From IMG/VR virus record IMGVR_UViG_3300045256_000127: a DNA stretch of 18,490 nucleotides; one strand, 5' to 3'. Below are positions 15,671 to 18,490 of the stretch, piece by piece. The first letter of the stretch is position 1; every line of letters begins with the position of its first letter. The stretch comes from a virus. Taxonomy: Duplodnaviria; Heunggongvirae; Uroviricota; Caudoviricetes. The notes beneath the pieces were generated by a model that saw only the letters and a list, made by a program, of their open reading frames with translations, ran no database searches and was not told where the DNA came from. A program made the translations under genes and the position numbers.

Positions 15671-16176
15671 CGGCGATCAAAGTAGGCGACGAGGTTGTTA
15701 ACCTCGACGAGAAGAACTTGAACTTCGACGAGACGACTCTGACCACCTATCTGCAAAAGGAAGGTGGGTTCTACAACAACTTCGGCGGGTATCTGGCGAA
15801 GGCCGAGTACCTGTTACAGTACCGGGAGTTGGATCACGAGACGGAGTACGCCGACAAGTTCAAGATGTACAAGGACGAGGGCGGCAGCGACAAGCTCGCT
15901 GAAGCCAAGACGGAATCGGACCCCGATGTCATCGAGGCGAAGAAGAAGGTGATCGAGGCGAAGTACCTCGTCCGCCAACTTGTTCAGCACTTGAAGGCGT
16001 GGGACAAGAACCACGAAAACGCCCAGAGCCTCGGGCACCATCTCCGCAAGGAAATGGACAAGCTCTCGAACGAGATCAGAGCGGCTGGGTATCGCCACGA
16101 TACCCCGGACAACAACTACTCCTACGAGGATGAAGTCAACAAGATCGTGGGTGGTCGAGTTGATTCAGAAAGCTAA
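15667..16176 (+). CDS. UvsY-like recombination mediator
   Basis: Helical protein of UvsY size. LNFDETTL..YLQ..GGFY, AEAKTESDPDV and LKAWDKNHENAQSLG follow the pattern I recall for UvsY. ATGA overlap with the helicase. Confidence 0.55.
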   Translation: MTAIKVGDEVVNLDEKNLNFDETTLTTYLQKEGGFYNNFGGYLAKAEYLLQYRELDHETEYADKFKMYKDEGGSDKLAEAKTESDPDVIEAKKKVIEAKYLVRQLVQHLKAWDKNHENAQSLGHHLRKEMDKLSNEIRAAGYRHDTPDNNYSYEDEVNKIVGGRVDSES

Positions 16177-16793
16177 TGGTTGACCCCATTAACATGACTC
16201 AGTACGATCTCTCCCCGGAGAGATTGGAAGAGACGTTCTTGTTCTGCATCGGCGTGGCAGGGAAGCCAGCCCTCACCACCGCACGATTACTCGAAGACCT
16301 GCTCCGCACGGCCCACGCCCGCCGGAGCAAGACGCCCTGGATGAACCCCTTCCAGGCGTTGAAGAAGTACAAGACCGTGGAGTCGATGATCGACTTGCTC
16401 AAGGCAAGTCGGTTCGGCTGTTTCACCCTGAAGGGGCGTGGGTTCCACTTCATCGTGAACAGCGGGCTAGACCTGCGGACCTGCACCGCCGAACAGCTTT
16501 ACGAGTGCCCCGGCGTGTCCATGAAGACCGCCAAGTTCTTCGTGATGCACACCCGCCGTAACCAGGAGATTGCGTGTCTCGACACGCACGTCCTGAAGTG
16601 GTTCCGTGACCTGGGCTACGAGGACGTTCCGAAAGGCTCGCCCCAGAATCCGAAGGTCTACAGGAAGTGGGAAGATATCTTCTTGGCGGAAGCGAAGAAG
16701 CGTAACAAGGTGGCAGCCGATCTCGACTTAGAGATTTGGAACCACTATGCCGGGAACAAAATCAGTACGGAGGCACCATGCGGTACACGATGA
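16176..16793 (+). CDS. HhH DNA glycosylase/AP lyase (OGG-like)
   Basis: HhH LYECPGVSMKTAKFF with Lys, catalytic Asp in LDTHV, plus LFCI..AGK and DLDLEIW. No Fe-S Cys cluster. Confidence 0.8.
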   Translation: MVDPINMTQYDLSPERLEETFLFCIGVAGKPALTTARLLEDLLRTAHARRSKTPWMNPFQALKKYKTVESMIDLLKASRFGCFTLKGRGFHFIVNSGLDLRTCTAEQLYECPGVSMKTAKFFVMHTRRNQEIACLDTHVLKWFRDLGYEDVPKGSPQNPKVYRKWEDIFLAEAKKRNKVAADLDLEIWNHYAGNKISTEAPCGTR

Positions 16794-17059
16794 AAGTCTG
16801 GAACTGGCACGATGGTGGTTGGACTAAGAACTTCGACGCCCTCAGTGAATTGTTCGAAGCTCTGGATGATCTCGTAGACACGACTGAGGAAGCCGCCGGT
16901 TTCGTTACTTTTACTCAAGATGGCACCGTCCATCTCGTAGACGAAGAAGAGACGGTGGTCGCACTTTTCGACGGCGACATGTTACTCGTCCCTGTGAGTG
17001 CAGACGGTGACTGGAGAGAGTGGGACGATCATAGAAAGAATCTGCAACATGCGATGTAG
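16778..17059 (+). CDS. Acidic hypothetical protein (93 aa)
   Basis: GGAGG RBS before ATG 16778. Overlaps the glycosylase stop. Confidence 0.7.
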   Translation: MRYTMKVWNWHDGGWTKNFDALSELFEALDDLVDTTEEAAGFVTFTQDGTVHLVDEEETVVALFDGDMLLVPVSADGDWREWDDHRKNLQHAM

Positions 17060-17234
17060 CAACTGTGACGGGCAGGGTCGGATTCGGTGGACGTTCGAAG
17101 GGACGACCGAACCGGCCTACCCGTGGAACGCCAGAGAAGACATGGAAACCTGCCCGACCTGTAAAGGGACGGGCGAACGCAAGGAGGCGTCAGGTGAAGT
17201 ATCTCAGCGTGGACTTGGAAACGACCGGACTTGA
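17049..17234 (+). CDS. Small DnaJ-type zinc-finger protein (61 aa)
   Basis: Two CxxCxGxG motifs: CSNCDGQG and CPTCKGTG. Confidence 0.7.
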   Translation: MRCSNCDGQGRIRWTFEGTTEPAYPWNAREDMETCPTCKGTGERKEASGEVSQRGLGNDRT

Positions 17235-17808
17235 CCCGTCGTACTGTCAGATTCTCGAAATCGGGGCCGTCGTGGACGACATGGCGTGGCCCGACAAACT
17301 CCCCAACTGGAAGAACGGCCTCGCCTTCGGCGGACGACCCTTCTTCCATGCCTACCTCGTCAACGAAGTCATCACCGGCAGTGCCTACGCACTGATGATG
17401 AACGCCGCCATCATCGAGAAGATCGCCAAGCGGAAAGACTACAAGTCGTTCAACTTCTACACGCCGGAAGAGGCCGTGGAGAAGTTCTTGGACTTCGTGT
17501 ACGAACACTTCCCGAGTAACAGCTACAAGAAGGTCACGGTGGCGGGGAAGAATTTCTCCAGCTTCGACCGAAACTTCCTGGTGAAACTGCCGAACAGCGG
17601 CGAACTGATGAGCCGCTTCCACCACCGGGTCTTCGATCCGGGTAGCATGTACTTTGGGTCGGAAGATACCGAACTTCCCAACCTGGAGACGTGTCTGAAG
17701 AGGGCGGGGATCGGCGGGGAAGTCACCCACAACGCCTGCGAGGACGCCTACCAAGTCATCCAGGTCATCCGTGCCTGGGTGAAGGAGAAGGGCTGGGAGA
17801 GCGAGTGA
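17194..17808 (+). CDS. DEDDh 3'-5' exonuclease (DnaQ/oligoribonuclease-like)
   Basis: GTG 17194 after AAGGAGG. ExoI SVDLETTG, ExoII GKNFSSFD, ExoIII HNACED. Confidence 0.88.
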   Translation: MKYLSVDLETTGLDPSYCQILEIGAVVDDMAWPDKLPNWKNGLAFGGRPFFHAYLVNEVITGSAYALMMNAAIIEKIAKRKDYKSFNFYTPEEAVEKFLDFVYEHFPSNSYKKVTVAGKNFSSFDRNFLVKLPNSGELMSRFHHRVFDPGSMYFGSEDTELPNLETCLKRAGIGGEVTHNACEDAYQVIQVIRAWVKEKGWESE

Positions 17809-17915
17809 ACCGCATCTACCGTTTCCTGCACATGCTGACCCACTGGCACTGGCATCCGGTGAACGGGGACGAGTACCTGTGGTGCGGTTGGTGCGGAAAA
17901 TGTTGGAAGAAGTAA
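17805..17915 (+). CDS. Tiny Trp/His/Cys-rich peptide (36 aa)
   Basis: GTGA overlap with the exonuclease stop. MNRIYRFLHMLTHWHWHPVNGDEYLWCGWCGKCWKK has a possible HxH/CxxC metal site. Confidence 0.5.
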   Translation: MNRIYRFLHMLTHWHWHPVNGDEYLWCGWCGKCWKK

Positions 17916-17941
17916 CGTAATACAACTAGATATTTGCGTCC

Positions 17942-18075
17942 GTCTTCAGCCGCAGAGCAGAAGGTTACGACTGTCCGCACGGATGTCGTATCGTGAACTG
18001 CGGAGGACTCCTGTTAGTAGCGGGTTCCTGATGATCTTCGGGTCAAGGAACAAACGGGACCAATAAGCGAAAGCT
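17942..18075 (+). ncRNA. Structured RNA (riboswitch-like leader or sRNA)
   Basis: Stems 17942-47/18003-08, 17950-55/17998-18003, 17966-71/17985-90, 18009-15/18053-59, 18024-29/18046-51. C(UUCG)G loop 18036-41 and C(GAAA)G loop 18068-73 both read on plus. Confidence 0.55.
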
Positions 18076-18077
18076 GC

Positions 18078-18122
18078 AAAAAGGTCTAGGTATTACTTTG
18101 TTGGTATACCTAGACCTTTTTT
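18078..18122 (+). terminator. Strong intrinsic terminator (potentially bidirectional)
   Basis: AAAAAGGTCTAGGTAT (18078-93) pairs with ATACCTAGACCTTTTT (18106-21), giving a 16-bp stem with a T6 tract. Confidence 0.85.
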
Positions 18123-18136
18123 GTTTGGAGAACGTC

Positions 18137-18490
18137 ATGAAGGAAGTGTTCGTCCGGTCCAAAGGCCACGCCGCCATGTTCGAGAGCGACGTGCCGTTCG
18201 CTGCCATCAGCGTTTCGACCAACGCCGGTGAGTGGCCCGTCATCAGTGAAAACAACCGGGTCGCCCTGCTCCAACTGAGCTTCGCCGACCGGGATATGGT
18301 TCGGGAGGCCACGCCGGAAGTGATCGAGAAGTACGACCTGTTCCGCCCGGAGCAGGCCAAGCAGATTCTCGACTTCATCGGCGAGAATTGGGACAAGGTG
18401 GAAGCCTTCCTGGTTCACTGCGAGGCGGGGATCAGCCGTAGCCCGGCCATCGCTGCGGCGATTACCAAGATCGCCGGGGGCGACGACGCC
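18137..18490 (+). CDS. CX5R (PTP/dual-specificity) phosphatase-family protein, 3'-truncated by window end
   Basis: Absent from the ORF track (no stop in window). GGAG RBS, ATG 18137, open to the end. Translates to ...FLVHCEAGISRSPAIAAAI..., the canonical HCxxGxSRS loop. Confidence 0.88.
   Translation, partial: MKEVFVRSKGHAAMFESDVPFAAISVSTNAGEWPVISENNRVALLQLSFADRDMVREATPEVIEKYDLFRPEQAKQILDFIGENWDKVEAFLVHCEAGISRSPAIAAAITKIAGGDDA

Noticed and set aside
14171-17925. Long minus-strand ORFs (14171-15628, 17029-17925, also 7848-8759)
   Set aside because: Antisense to well-supported genes; typical high-GC shadow ORFs.
18028-18075. Hammerhead ribozyme from CTGATGA...GAAA
   Set aside because: The segment between the two motifs does not close a stem II, and stems I and III could not be built. 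An HDV-like fold also failed for lack of P2 and P1.1.
1-18490. CRISPR array, tRNA genes or stop-codon reassignment
   Set aside because: No regularly spaced repeats or cloverleafs were seen. TAA, TAG and TGA all end well-supported genes, and motif-bearing ORFs are intact under code 11.

Overview
About 60% GC, densely coding window that reads like part of a large T4-like/jumbo phage genome (inference: SF4 helicase, UvsY-like gene, short family-A polymerase, MazG-like, HNH, TAAATA late-promoter-like motifs, many small orphans, no host housekeeping genes). Left to right: (i) a 363-bp non-autonomous IS200/IS605 element (3-365, minus) with both TnpA-recognised ends and a TnpB omegaRNA-like right end but no protein gene; (ii) a minus-strand envelope cassette of two substrate-binding/OmpA fusions, a membrane-anchored vWA protein and a 2-TM coiled-coil protein; (iii) a P-loop kinase, orphans, an HNH gene and a possible gp59-like gene; (iv) an unclassified ~290-400 nt highly structured non-coding region at the strand switch (about 10485-10877); (v) a plus-strand replication/repair block: two paralogous orphans ending in DWRxxGF, a possible ART-fold protein, PolA-like, sigma-region-2-like, MazG-like, DnaB/gp41 helicase, UvsY-like, HhH glycosylase, Zn finger and DEDDh exonuclease; (vi) a structured RNA with an intrinsic terminator in front of a truncated CX5R phosphatase. 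All calls come from manual motif and base-pair reading; no searches or folding programs were run.
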